Assembly (NCBI RefSeq): GCF_006345805.1 | Contig: NC_043001.1 | Coordinates: 43,214,001-43,278,000 of the forward strand | Direction: 5' to 3' | DNA from: Octopus sinensis | Lineage: Eukaryota | DNA length: 64,000 nucleotides | In this document: positions 1-11,410 of the stretch, piece by piece | Position numbering within the stretch: position 1 is the stretch's first letter | Layout: every line of letters starts with the position of its first letter | Notes under the pieces: generated by a model | Databases searched by the model: none | What the model was told of the DNA's origin: nothing | Seen by the model: the letters and a program-made list of their open reading frames with translations, nothing else | Made by a program: the position numbers and the translations under genes

Positions 1-355
1 CTTTGTAAGCCTAGTACTTATTCTATCGATAAGTTACGGGGATTCTGTAAAAAAAAAAAAAGTGGGTGTGGTCCACATTCTTTACTTCCGCCTATTTAAC
101 AGCTCAAAAATGTATAAAGGGCGTTCCTTCGCTACAAATCGACGAAACCAAAACAAACATTCGACTATTTCCGTGACAACTCGATAATTCACTTCGGATA
201 TCTTCCTGACCTCCGTGACAGCTGCTAAAATAAGTGGACGAGAAGAGAGCCAATGATTGTGTGTGCGTGCGTGCGTGCTTGTTCTTGTCTCTGTGTGAGC
301 ATTCTTGTTCTTGTCTGTGTGCACACACACACAGACAAGAACAAGCACGCACAAC

Positions 356-707
356 AGCTTCCTTACCAACCACATGGTTCCGGATTCAGTCCCCCTACGT
401 GGCACTTTGGGCAAGTGTCTTCTACTTCAGCCTCCGGCCGACCTAAGTCTTGTGAGTGGATTTGGTGGACGGAAACTGAAAGAAGCCCGTCGTATATATG
501 TATATGTATGTATATATATATGTGTTTGTCCCCCAACATCGCTTGACAACCAATGCTGGTGTGTTTACGTCCCCGTACTAGCGGTTCGGCAAAAAAGATC
601 GTTAGAATAAGTACTAGGCTTACAAAGAATAAGTCATGGTTCGATTTGCTCGACTAAAGGCGGTGCTCCAGCATGGTCGCAGTAAAATGACTGAAACAAG
701 TAAAGAG
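356..707 (+). mobile_element. tRNA-derived SINE family A, 5'-truncated copy
   Basis: Matches the full copies at 15195, 42825 and 61525 (...ggttcagtccc...gcaccttgggcaagtgtcttct...gactaaaggcggtgctccagcatgg...gaaacaagtaaagag tail). Confidence 0.85.
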
Positions 708-1414
708 TATATTAATACGTGTGCGCGCGCGCGCACACACACACACACATACATACATACACACGTGTACATGCACGCGCACACATACGTGTGTGATTGT
801 GTGAAGACGTAAGCATGGCTGCGTAGTTAATAAATTCACTTCCCGGTTCAACTGTGACACCCTCATGCCCTCTATCATTGCCCCAAGCCAACCAAAGCTT
901 TGTGAGTGAATTTTGTTAAAAGAAACTCAAAGAAGCCCCGTCGTATGTACGTGTTTGCGTGTGCATATACATACATATTCGCGCACGCAAACATGCACGT
1001 GTATGTGTGTATGTGGAAATTATCGAGTTTAAGCATGAAAATGCTTAGTGTGGTGGGGAATGTTAGTGTTGTATTGTTAAGGTTTAATCCAATACAAACC
1101 CTTTTCATTATAAAACGAAAATTCATCGCATTCAAAGCTGATTCTTTTTTAACGTCATACAAGTAACAAGTTTTTCTAGAAAGGAATGCAAACTAAGATT
1201 AAGTAAACTTTCCAATATTGTATAAATTGATTTTTAAAAATCTTCAGTAGAAACTAAAAGTGCTTTTTCTTAGATGAAAATAAGAATTGTGATATGCAAT
1301 AATTCCACGTAAATATTACTGAAATGAAAGTGTAACTCGCATGCTTCTATTTTTACATAATTGAATGCGCTGTAAGGTTAGAAAAATGAAACCATTTCAT
1401 TTTGCTTCTTTTTG

Positions 1415-1416
<2 letters not shown>

Positions 1417-1488
<72 letters not shown>
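1417..1488. repeat. (CT)n microsatellite
   Basis: Direct inspection. Confidence 0.95.
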
Positions 1489-1962
1489 TGCCCATAGTCT
1501 TCAGCTGCAGTAAAAAAAATAATTTTTTTAAAACGAGGATCCAACCCGGATCTTTTCCTTTTGAACGGCAGTTTCAAAAGGAAAATATCCCAAAAGCCAA
1601 ACAATATGAAATGATTCGTTACACGAAGAAACATTTTTATTTGAACTGATGAAGAATAAGTAAAAGGGCTAGAAAGCATTTGCGTTGGATATCTTTCAGT
1701 TTCAATCATTTCAGAATACTCATAAGTTGTTGCGGTCGTTGTGACCGAGAAAATGGATTAAAACTTTTCTAATGGAATTCCCCTATTTGTTCCGCCATTA
1801 AGACAACCAGTTGCTCACACAGCCGGCATATACCATTTCGCTAGCAACAAGGGGAATACAGGATGACAGTCAGCCAAAACTTTCGTTATGCTGTCTCTCT
1901 TGTTTCACTCACCTCTTTGTGGGGTTAATAATCTTAATCTTTAGTTACCATGTAGAGGTCTG

Positions 1963-2763
1963 GGATCTTTTCGGTTTGAACAGCAGTTTTTTTAAATAAT
2001 TTCCACGTAACTAAACACTTTTAAACTTCGTATACTGGTAGAATGTGTTTATAAAACAACTTTTTCTCTTGGCTTTATTGAGAAAATTCTATAGTTTGTA
2101 AGATATTTGTTGTTATTTTTTCTTCAATTTCTGCAATTTCAACCAATCAATGACGTCTATTGAGGTAAAAAACAACATTCTGTGCCGTATGAATATGTCC
2201 CTCGTTTAAGAAACAGATTGGGTTTACTCTTTTACTTGTTTCAGTCATTTGACTGCGGCTATGCTGGAGCATCGCCTTTAGTCGATCAAATCGACCCCGG
2301 GTCTTATTCTTTGTAAGCCCAGTACTCATTCTCTCGGTCTCCTTTGCGAACCGCTAAGTGACGGCGACGTAAACACACCAGCATCGGTTGTCAAGCAATG
2401 CTAGGGGGACAAACACAGACACACAAACATACACGCACATATATATATATATATACACATATACGACAGGCTTCTTTCAGTTTCCGTCTACCAAATCCAC
2501 TCACAAGGCTTTGGTCGGCCCGAGGCTATAGTAGAAGACACTTGCCCAAGGTGCCACGCAGTGGGACTGAACCCGGAAGTATGTGGTTGGTAAGCAAGCT
2601 ACTTACTACACAGCCACTCCTGTGAAGAAAAAAAGATACCCTTCCCCCCACCCCTAACCCTAAAACAGATTGAAATGCAATAGATCGATACTAGGGTCAT
2701 AATTATGGGTGACAATTTCATATGACACCGCTAGAAAAAACTGCGTTCAAACCGAAAAGATCC
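1963..2763. mobile_element. MITE with ~30-bp TIRs and 8-bp TSD (Merlin- or hAT-type), containing a nested SINE
   Basis: TIRs ggatcttttcggtttgaac.gcagtttttt and aaaaaactgcgttcaaaccgaaaagatcc. Exact flanking repeat GAGGTCTG at 1955-1962 and 2764-2771. Confidence 0.85.
2225..2622 (-). mobile_element. tRNA-SINE family A nested in the MITE
   Basis: Near-identical to 42825-43230. Pol III A/B-box-like head at about 2560-2622. Confidence 0.9.
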
Positions 2764-3048
2764 GAGGTCTGAACTTTTCATTCACATATTTGCATTTCAA
2801 AAATTTAACATAATCTTTTCCGTAAATCAACTATCGTAAATACATACACACGTACAGGCATGCGCACACACACACACACACACATCCATTTCATATATCT
2901 TCTTTCAGTTTCTGCTGTCTGCAAATAAAATATTTACGGATACAACTGCTTACAAAAATAGAGATTAATGTATAATTTCTTTCTATGTTCATAATTAAAT
3001 CAATGTTTTAATGATTAGACAGAGGTCCAATAGAATAGCTCTCATAAA

Positions 3049-3294
3049 CCTACTACGTACAGATTCGTTCTTCACAACTCCTGAAGCTATTTTCTGACAA
3101 GGAAACAACTTCAGGAAGCTGTTTTCTGACGAGGGTGGAAAAACCAGGAAATTTTCACACAGCTGGAGGCTCCAATAGTAACAGGAGACCCGAAATGGTA
3201 TGGTTGAGAAACGCGGTTGTAGATTATGCCTAACCGGAAATGATCACAGCCACATCATCCAAACAGACCGGGTGAAACTGGGCTTAGCTACTAG
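3049..3294 (+). mobile_element. Short non-autonomous Helitron-like element
   Basis: 3' end is the hairpin ccgg-gtgaaa-ctgg followed by ...ctaCTAG|T. The 5' end cctactac resembles the Helitron TCTACTA start. No TIRs or TSD. Confidence 0.5.
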
Positions 3295-3780
3295 TATATA
3301 TATAAACATATTAACACGCGCACACACGCATGCACACATAGATACACACGTGTGCATGCACGCGCACGCGCACACTTATGTGACTGTGTGAAGACGTAAG
3401 CATGGCTGTGTATTTAATAAATTCACTTCCCAGTTCATCTGTGACACCCTAGGCATGCCCTCTATCATTGCCCCAAGCCAACCAAAGCCTTGTGAGTAGA
3501 TTTTGTTAAAAGAAACTCAAAGAAGCCCCGTCATATGTCATTAGACACTGCATCTCACTGAAGGTTTACCCGAAAAGGATTTAAGCACTAAACCTAAAGA
3601 AAGGACAGCGTCGAGACTAAAACATTTCTTAATGACGTCAGCACCCTTACTAAGTCCAAATTCCCGTCTGTTTTATCTGATTACACCCAAATGCATAAAT
3701 AAAAACAAACAAAAAATAAGACTCATGATCTTGTTACACGATCTCAAATCAGGTCACTTATTATGCAAGTACATCTCCTT

Positions 3781-3784
3781 TATA

Positions 3785-3852
<68 letters not shown>
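3781..3852. repeat. (AT)n microsatellite
   Basis: Direct inspection. Confidence 0.95.
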
Positions 3853-3856
<4 letters not shown>

Positions 3857-3913
3857 AAATATATATTTGTGTGTGTGACACACACGCACACTCATACATA
3901 CACACACACACAT

Positions 3914-6900
3914 ATCATCATCGTCGTCGTTTAACGTCCGTTTTCCATGCTAGCATGGGTTGGACTGGGTCTGGGAAGCCAGGAGCCTGCACCAGGCTCC
4001 AGTTTGATCTGACTGTTTCTACAGCTGGATGCCCTTCCTAACGCCAACCACTCAATGAGTGTAGTGGGTGCTTTTTGCGTGCCACCGGCACAGGGGCCAG
4101 AGGAGGCTGGCAACAGCCACAATTGGTTGGCATGGAAGCCAGTCAAGGTGGCGCTGGCATCAGCCACGTTTGGATGGTGCTTTTTACATGCCACTGGCAC
4201 GGGTGTTACAACTACAATTTCCATTTGATTTCTATTTTGATGTTGATGTACTTGACTCAATAGGTCTCCTCAAGCACAGCAGGTCACTCTACGATCCAAG
4301 GTATTTTGAATGGCCTGGGGGACTGGTTATGTGAAGCTGGTGTAGGATACGCTGTGGATTCACATTATTTGTTGGTCTTCATAGTCACAGTATATCTCCA
4401 GAGGTTTTGGTCTTTCATCATTGCCTCTGTGAGGCCCATCCTACGAAGGTCATGCTTGACTACCTCATCCCATGTCTTCCTGGGTCTACCTCTATCCCGG
4501 ATTCCTTCAACAGTTTGGGAGTGGCACTTATTCTCACATCCCTCCTAATCCATCTGTAGTACATGACCATACCAGCACAAACATCTCTCTTGCACACTAC
4601 ATCAGATGCTTCTTATGTCCAACATTTCTCTCTGGGTGCTTATACTATGTCGTGTGTGCACACTGACATTACACATCCAGCAGATCATGCTAGCTTCATT
4701 TCTTTCGAGCCTACACATGTCCTCCACAGAATGGCCCATGTTTCACTGTTGTGAAGCATGGTGGTTCGCACACATGCATTGTACAATCTACCTTTCACTC
4801 TGAGCAAGAGACCCTTTGTCACCAGTAGGGGAAGAAGCTTTCTAAACTTTGCCCAGGCTATTCTTATTCTAGTGGTAACAATCTCTGAGCATCCACCCCC
4901 ACTACTAACTTGGTCACCTAGGTAGCAGAAGCTATCAACTACTTCTAGTTTCTCCCCCAGAAGTATGATGGAATCTGTTTTCTGGCCATCTGTGGTGTCT
5001 ATTGCCCCTGTGCATCTGCCGCACACGAAAGCTATCTTCTCGGTAAATTTTCCTTTGATGTTGCTGCACCTCTTATGTGTCCATAGCTTACATTGGGTAC
5101 ATCTTATGGAGTTTCTACCTACACCTTTTCTACAGATCGAGGAGGGCCATCTACCTGAGGGTGTGTGTGATGAGTTTGCCTTCCTACTTACTAGAACTTT
5201 GGTCTTTGCTACATTGACTCTAAGACCTTTTGATTCTAAACCTTGCTTCCACACCTGAAATTTTTAGCTAGGTATTTCTCCTGCAGTTGCCGAGCCAGGA
5301 ATATGGCATCAGTGGTGCTTCTACCCGGCACAAAATCGAACAGCATCTCATCTAAGCAGACTCTCTCCCTAATGAGATGGGCTATGATCCTCCCTCTGAC
5401 CTTCATCACCTGATCCAGCAGTTTGATACTCCTGTAGTTATTTCTATCTAGAGCATCACCTTTACCCTAGATTCAGTTGACTATGGTGCTGCTACGCCAG
5501 TCATTGGGTATGACTCTATCATGAACTACTTGGTTTACAATACAGGTGACTAGGCCATAGTCTACACCAGCAGATGTTTTAAGCATCTCAGCAGTGATTC
5601 CTGATGGGCCAGGGGCTTTTCCTGGCTTCATACCCTTAATTGCTTTATTTACTAGGGAGCTGTCTATTTGGATAGCTGGTCCCTCTACTGGGTCAACACT
5701 TGGCAGGCTCTCCTCTTCCCATTCATTCTCCACATTCAGCAGTCATAATGGCTTCTCCAAGCCTCTTTCTTTGCAGAATCATTAAAAGCAAGTGCACCAT
5801 CATCCATGCAGACACATTTCTCTCCTGTGATATCACAATTTTCTCCACACACTGTCTTGCAATCCGAAATACCTCAGTTCTTTGGTCCTCACGTCACTGA
5901 ACATTGGCAAACTTCTTTTCCGCTTCACCCTTGGCTATGTATACCTGCCACCCAGCCTCCCTTTTGGCTACCTAGTTACAGTTCCCTCAGTTCTTTGGTC
6001 CTCACGTCACTGAACATTGGCAAACTTCTTTTCCGCTTCACCCTTGGCTATGTATACCTGCCACCCAGCCTCCCTTTTGGCTACCTAGTTACAGTTCCCT
6101 GCTACCCCAAACCTTCCAGGCTTTCCAGGCCTGTTTCTTTGCTCTAATGACTTTGTCTACTGTACTATTCCACCACCATGTAACTCTAGGTCTGGAAGGG
6201 ACTTTGCACCATCAGCAGACTTGGACTGAGGCACTCAGTAAGCTGTCCCGTAGGAATTTCCAGCTACCTTCTATGTCCGAAGTCTGTAGCTCCTCCTCCC
6301 TCTCATCAAATTTTTTTAATGAGGATGTCTCTAAATCTCTGACCATGTGAAGGGTTCTTTAGCTTCCAAATCCTTCTTTTTTGTATTGGTCTGCTTCTTG
6401 GTATCCTTCTGGCCTCGAGCCTAAAGTTACAAATGACTAGCCTAAGCTGGGGGGTACATTCTTCACCCAGGAGCATCTTTATATTTAAGAGCAACCCTGT
6501 GTCCCACTGTCTGGTGAGGATGAAATCAATCTGACTAGCAGAGTCACCTGATTGATAGGTTATTGGGTGGCTGTCTGACTTCCTGAAGTTAGTGTTGCAG
6601 AGTAAAAGGTTACATGCATCACAGAACTCCAGTAGCCTAGTTCCCTCATCGTTCTGGATGCCAATACCATGGCCCCCATGTACTCCAATGAAGATACTAG
6701 ATTCCCGCCCAACATGCCCATTAAAATCTCCAGCCACAAAGATGAGGTCATTTCCACTCGTCTTTGAGGTAGCCTGTAGAAGGGTATCATAAAAGTGGTC
6801 CTTCTGATCATTTGGTAGTCCTGCATGTGGGGCGTAGGTGGAGATAATTGTAGCTGTGCTGTTCTGCAGGACTAGCCTGAGCTTAAGCACTCTATCACAT

Positions 6901-7495
6901 ACCCTAACAACCACTATGCTTTTATCCACCCATTTCTCCACAAGGAGTATGCCTACACCCCCTACACCATCCATGTTACCTTGCCAGAAGACTTTATACC
7001 TATGTGCCTTGCCTGTGAGGACCCTAGCTGAAGCTCCACTCCATCTTACTTCTTGTATGCAGCATACATCAAACTGTCTCCTTTCAAGCATCTCTACAAT
7101 CTCACTAGACCTACCTTTCAGTGTACCAACATTGACAGTGCCAACTCTGAAAACTGGGAAGGGAATGTGGGGTGAGGTTTGGGGAGGAGAGATGTTATTC
7201 AGCACCTAACCTGACAACATTCAAGCATGTTAAGATTGTTGCTCCTACTGGAGGTTGGAGCCGGTGTTAGCAGTGTTGTAAGAATAAGCATTATGGTCAT
7301 CAAATGATGTAGATTTAAGTGGTGTAGCAAAAATATGGATATTCCAATATTAGGTTAGGAGGGAGTCAGCTAAAACTGGTTATGTTTGTCCAGGAAGAGG
7401 GGTGTTGTAGATATAATGGAGGGTACCACTAGCAGGGAAGGGCTCAGACAGAGAGAGGAATCCAGAGACAAACGAAAGGAGGGCACTCAACACAT
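3914..7495 (-). mobile_element. RTE-clade LINE, long but defective (AP endonuclease, partial RT, PHD-like finger, 3'UTR, (GAT/GAC)n tail)
   Basis: ORF 6306-7205 has APE motifs (TVNVGT, CCIQE, GDFNGHVG, QIDFIL). 5473-5733 has KAPGPSG and IPNDW; 5270-5340 reads FVPGRSTTDAIF; 4685-5254 has the thumb region FCYLG...RIRIAWAKF. Multiple stops and frameshifts. Confidence 0.92.
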
Positions 7496-7499
7496 TTAT

Positions 7500-8122
7500 T
7501 GGGAGTTTGATTCAGACTCCTTGGTACTCAAGTTTCATGTGTGTGGCTTATCTTTGGTCATTGGGGTCTGAATGAGAGTTCATATTTCTTGTTGATGGAT
7601 ACTATGGGTTGGTAGATGACATGCAGTTTTTTGCAGTGTCACAGTTGGCAGTTAGGGGAACTGGATGAATATGGTGGCATCATGTCGATAATAGTCCACT
7701 AGATGCTTGGTGTTTTGTCTTGGAGGTCACAGAGTCTCCAGAGAAAGCGCAACAGGGAAGTGGACGTCTCTCTGTCCCTGGATCTAAATGAATGCAAGTG
7801 CTGGGAGTATCTACCCTTGAAGTCATTGGCTGTCATTCCCATATAGTGCCTAGTAATGCCATTGGAAGGTCTAAGGGTTGTTCTGTATACTACAGCCCTT
7901 GAAGGAGGATCGTCCTAGTGGACAGGTAGTAGGGTTTCAGAAATTGCAGGTTGAAGTTGGGGGTTGTGTGGGTGTGTTTTTACGTCTGTTGATGCGTGCG
8001 ATGTTAGATCCAATGTTGTCTAAGCAGGAGTAGTTTATCTTGACATTATGGGGGTTGAAGAGTTTGTAATACTTATGGCCTCTGGGGAAATGTTTGTTTA
8101 TTAACAACAGGAAGCCCCTGAT
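7500..8122 (-). mobile_element. Penelope-like element (PLE) 3' portion: RT-linker plus GIY-YIG endonuclease, degenerate
   Basis: Minus-strand translation FLLLINKHFPRGHKYYKLFNPHNVKINYSCLDNIGSNIARINRRK...TCNF*NPTTCPL, then a frameshift, then AVVYRTTLRPSNGITRHYMGMTANDFKGRYSQHLHSFRSRDRETSTSLLRFLW...WTII...PYSSSSPNCQL...INKKYEL. This is the typical PLE C-terminus. AATAAA on - at 7495-7500. Confidence 0.85.
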
Positions 8123-8275
8123 TACTAGCATGTGTGCAAGCACATGTACATGGATGTGTGAATGCACACATACACACTTGTATAAGTACAGATGTATACA
8201 CGCAGATATACATATATACCCCCACATCTACTGCCCCTTCCTATGTCCAGTAGTAAACATTGACTCTCTTTAATT

Positions 8276-8353
8276 GAATTCTCATTCAGGCCCAATGGCC
8301 GAAGACAAGCCACATGCTTAAAACTCAGAGTACCAAGGAGTCTGAATCAAACT
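8276..8353 (+). repeat. Inverted partial copy (pseudo-LTR-like) of the PLE 3' end
   Basis: gaattctcattcaggcccaatgg...gagtaccaaggagtctgaatcaaact is the reverse-complement match of 7504-7581. Confidence 0.8.
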
Positions 8354-11199
8354 GGTTCGATTTATATATACCATCATCATTTAACATCCATTTTCGATGC
8401 TGGCATGGATTGGACAGTTTGACATGGAGCTGGCCAGCCAAGAAGCTGTCCGGATTCCAATTGTCTGTTGTGGCATGGTTTCTATGGATGGATGCCCTTC
8501 CTAATGCCAACCAATTTACAGAGTGTGCTTGGTGCTTTTTACATGTCAGTGGCACGGGTGCATATACACAGCAGTGGCACGAGTGCATTTTATGTGGCAC
8601 CAGCACCTGTAAAAGACAAGCCTGTATGTATGAATGACAATGATTTTACTTGCCACATCTTCTCACATACACACAAGGGGCTTCTTTCAGTTTCCTTCAA
8701 TCAAATCCACTTACAAGGCTTTAGTCAGTCTGAGGCTACAGTAGAGAACACTTGCTCAAGGTGTGACACAGTGGGACTGAACCTAGTACAATGTGGTTGG
8801 GAAGCAAACTTCGTACCACACAGCCATGCCTGCACCTATGTACACACACATTTGTATATAAATTACACACAGACACACACACATTAGTTTTGGAAAATGG
8901 AAGCTGAAATGAAAGCTGTCATATATATGTATATATGTATGTTTGTGTGTGTGTGTGTCTTTGTGCTTGTGTTGGTGTGTTTATGTCCTTGTAACTTAGC
9001 AGATCAGCAAAACAACTTTAAAAAATAAGTACTGGTGTCGATTCATTCAATTAAAAGTTCTTCAATGCAGTGCCCCAGCATGGCTACAGTCTAATGACTA
9101 AAACAGGTAAAAGGTAAGTGTAGGCGTAGCTGTAAGGTAAGAAATTTGCAATTTTATTTTGATTACAATACCAGCAAAGAACAAAACTTTTTACATCAGT
9201 TCATCTACATTTTGTGTCTCTGACTGTAACTCACTCCCAGTCCATTTGTTGTTTTAGTCTTCTTCTGCTAGCTTGACTGATGAGACGCACTTTGCATTTT
9301 AATATGTAAAACAGTAAGCAACTCAACTGTATTAGCAAACAAGTCACAGATATGTAACAAAATATTGGCAATCGGTAAAGATTATTTTGTGTTAAAGTGA
9401 TTAATATACAATGACCTACATAGTTCATTTCAACAGAAGCTGTGATTCTGTTGCAACACGATCTACTAAAGAGGGGGAGTGGCTCTTAAACCAACCAATT
9501 AACTTTCTCTGGTATCCTTTATCAGAAAATTTAATCATGATCTTTTCAGCTGGTGTTGAAATTGAAAGTTAGCTAATTTTGGACTTCTCGTATTTTGGAC
9601 TTCTCAAGTATTTTGATTAACAATATTACGTTTCAATTTATTTTCATGTTTTTGTTATCAAAAATTTCTTTTCAGAGGAAGTTAAAATAGGTTTTAGTGT
9701 AATCTTTTGTTATAAGTATTAAAAAAAGTGAATAAACAAACATGGAAAGAAAATAAAACTGAAAGAATTTTTTTCCTTGAAGCAGAAAGTCACTTCTTAA
9801 ATTCTTTAAATATTAAAGAAATGGTGGGACCATTTAGACAGCAAGCACCTGCGAGAATCATAGAGGGCATAATTGACACTGATTTTTTAGTTAAAGAAAT
9901 TTTTACCTAGAGTATACAGACATCCTGGTTTTTCTAGATTTGTCCCAGTTTTCAAAAAAATAGTATTAATGCCCTGAAGGATGTAATCAGGCAGATTTTT
10001 TTAGCTCCAGCTTTTTTTTTTTTTCATTTCAAAAGTTTTCATAAATATTGTTTAAGTTTGACAATTCATTGTCATAGTGAGTGTGGATCATTTTCAGTTT
10101 ATTGTTTAGTCTCTTCTTAATGACCTCTCTAAGCTTTTTGAGTATTTCAGGATTCAGAGTACAATCCTGTTCCACATAAATCAAGGAAAATGATGCCTTT
10201 GTTATCCCGAAACAGTCACCATAACTTTGTGCTGATGTTTTTTATCCATAAATTCCATTTAACTGAAAACAAAACCCCATTTTCCTTTTTTTTGTCCCAG
10301 TCCTAATTATTTTCAATTTCATTTGATGCAGTTTATTCACAATAATGCTTTTATTATACAAATTATTTTCATCAAGTTTGATGCTCAATTTGCAGAAAGC
10401 TATGATTGATTCTTTAATTTTGCTTTAGCTTTGGACAAACTAAAACAATATTTATGAAAACTTTATCTTTGATAACAAATCAAGTAACTGATGTTAGGAT
10501 GGCCAATAAGTCTCCCCTTTACCATATAGCCTACATCTGGCACCCTCTGATGTCCACCTGTTCAGGGACACAGACAAAGTGGGTACAATAGTGCACACCT
10601 GAATTTTTTCAAAGATGATTTGAGAATTAGGTTTGACAATGGTGCAAATGCATCATCTGTGATGGTGACTATGTTGAGTAGTAACTTTATTTCCTGGAAG
10701 ACTTTACCAACATGAACAATCTATGTCATTTAATAAAAAACAGTTATGTCCACTTTTACATGGTTTTCAGGACGTGGCATATATAATGTGTGTTTGTGTA
10801 CATGCGCATAACTACATACGTTAATATTTGTGCAAATTAGGCATCTCGTAAACCTATCAAATGAGCATTTACTAACTGGAAAAGGTTCTGCATCAGAAGT
10901 ACCTTCCTCTTACTGTAAACCATCATACAAGTATTTACCTTTTGCTTGAATAATCAACATATTTATTGATATTTTACATCCCGTTTGATTGTCAAACCAC
11001 ACAATCAGGAGCCATTCTGTATTAAACATTACATCAAGGTCTATGAGAAAACAATAACTGGAGTAGCTGCTTAAGCATTTAACTAATTTTATCTTTATTT
11101 TCACGAAATTGCTCCCACGGTAAATATTTAATGTTTACAACTGTTTTTTTATACTGCTGCTTTAACTTATACTTTAGTTAACGGAGTTGATGAACAAAA

Positions 11200-11410
11200 T
11201 AATCCTTTCTACTAAAGGCACAAGGTCTGAAATTTGTGGGAAGGTAACTAGTTGATTACATCAACCCTAGTGCTTCACTGATACTTAATTTATCAACCTT
11301 GAAAATATTAGAGGTAAAGTCAACCTCAGCGGAATTTGAACTCAGAACATAGCGATCGGCAAATTACTAAGTATTTCATTCAGCATGCTAACAAACTCTG
11401 CTAGCTCGCA
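11200..11410 (-). mobile_element. tRNA-SINE family B, old copy
   Basis: Similar to 51662-51891 (aatttatcaaccttg...ggtaaagtcaacctcagcggaatttgaactcagaac). Confidence 0.7.

Noticed and set aside
1548-1580. Lone copy of the ggatctttt TIR (another at ~63226)
   Set aside because: No partner end or TSD found; only a fragment of the 1963-2763 family.
82-1709. Many 60-120 aa ORFs rich in VCVC, YIYI, ERER or HTHT (also at 3632-4041, 18237-18650, 37142, 52549, 61295-61690)
   Set aside because: Translations of microsatellites and SINEs; not genes.
2651-2664. ccctaaccctaa as an interstitial telomere
   Set aside because: Only two units, and inside a MITE.
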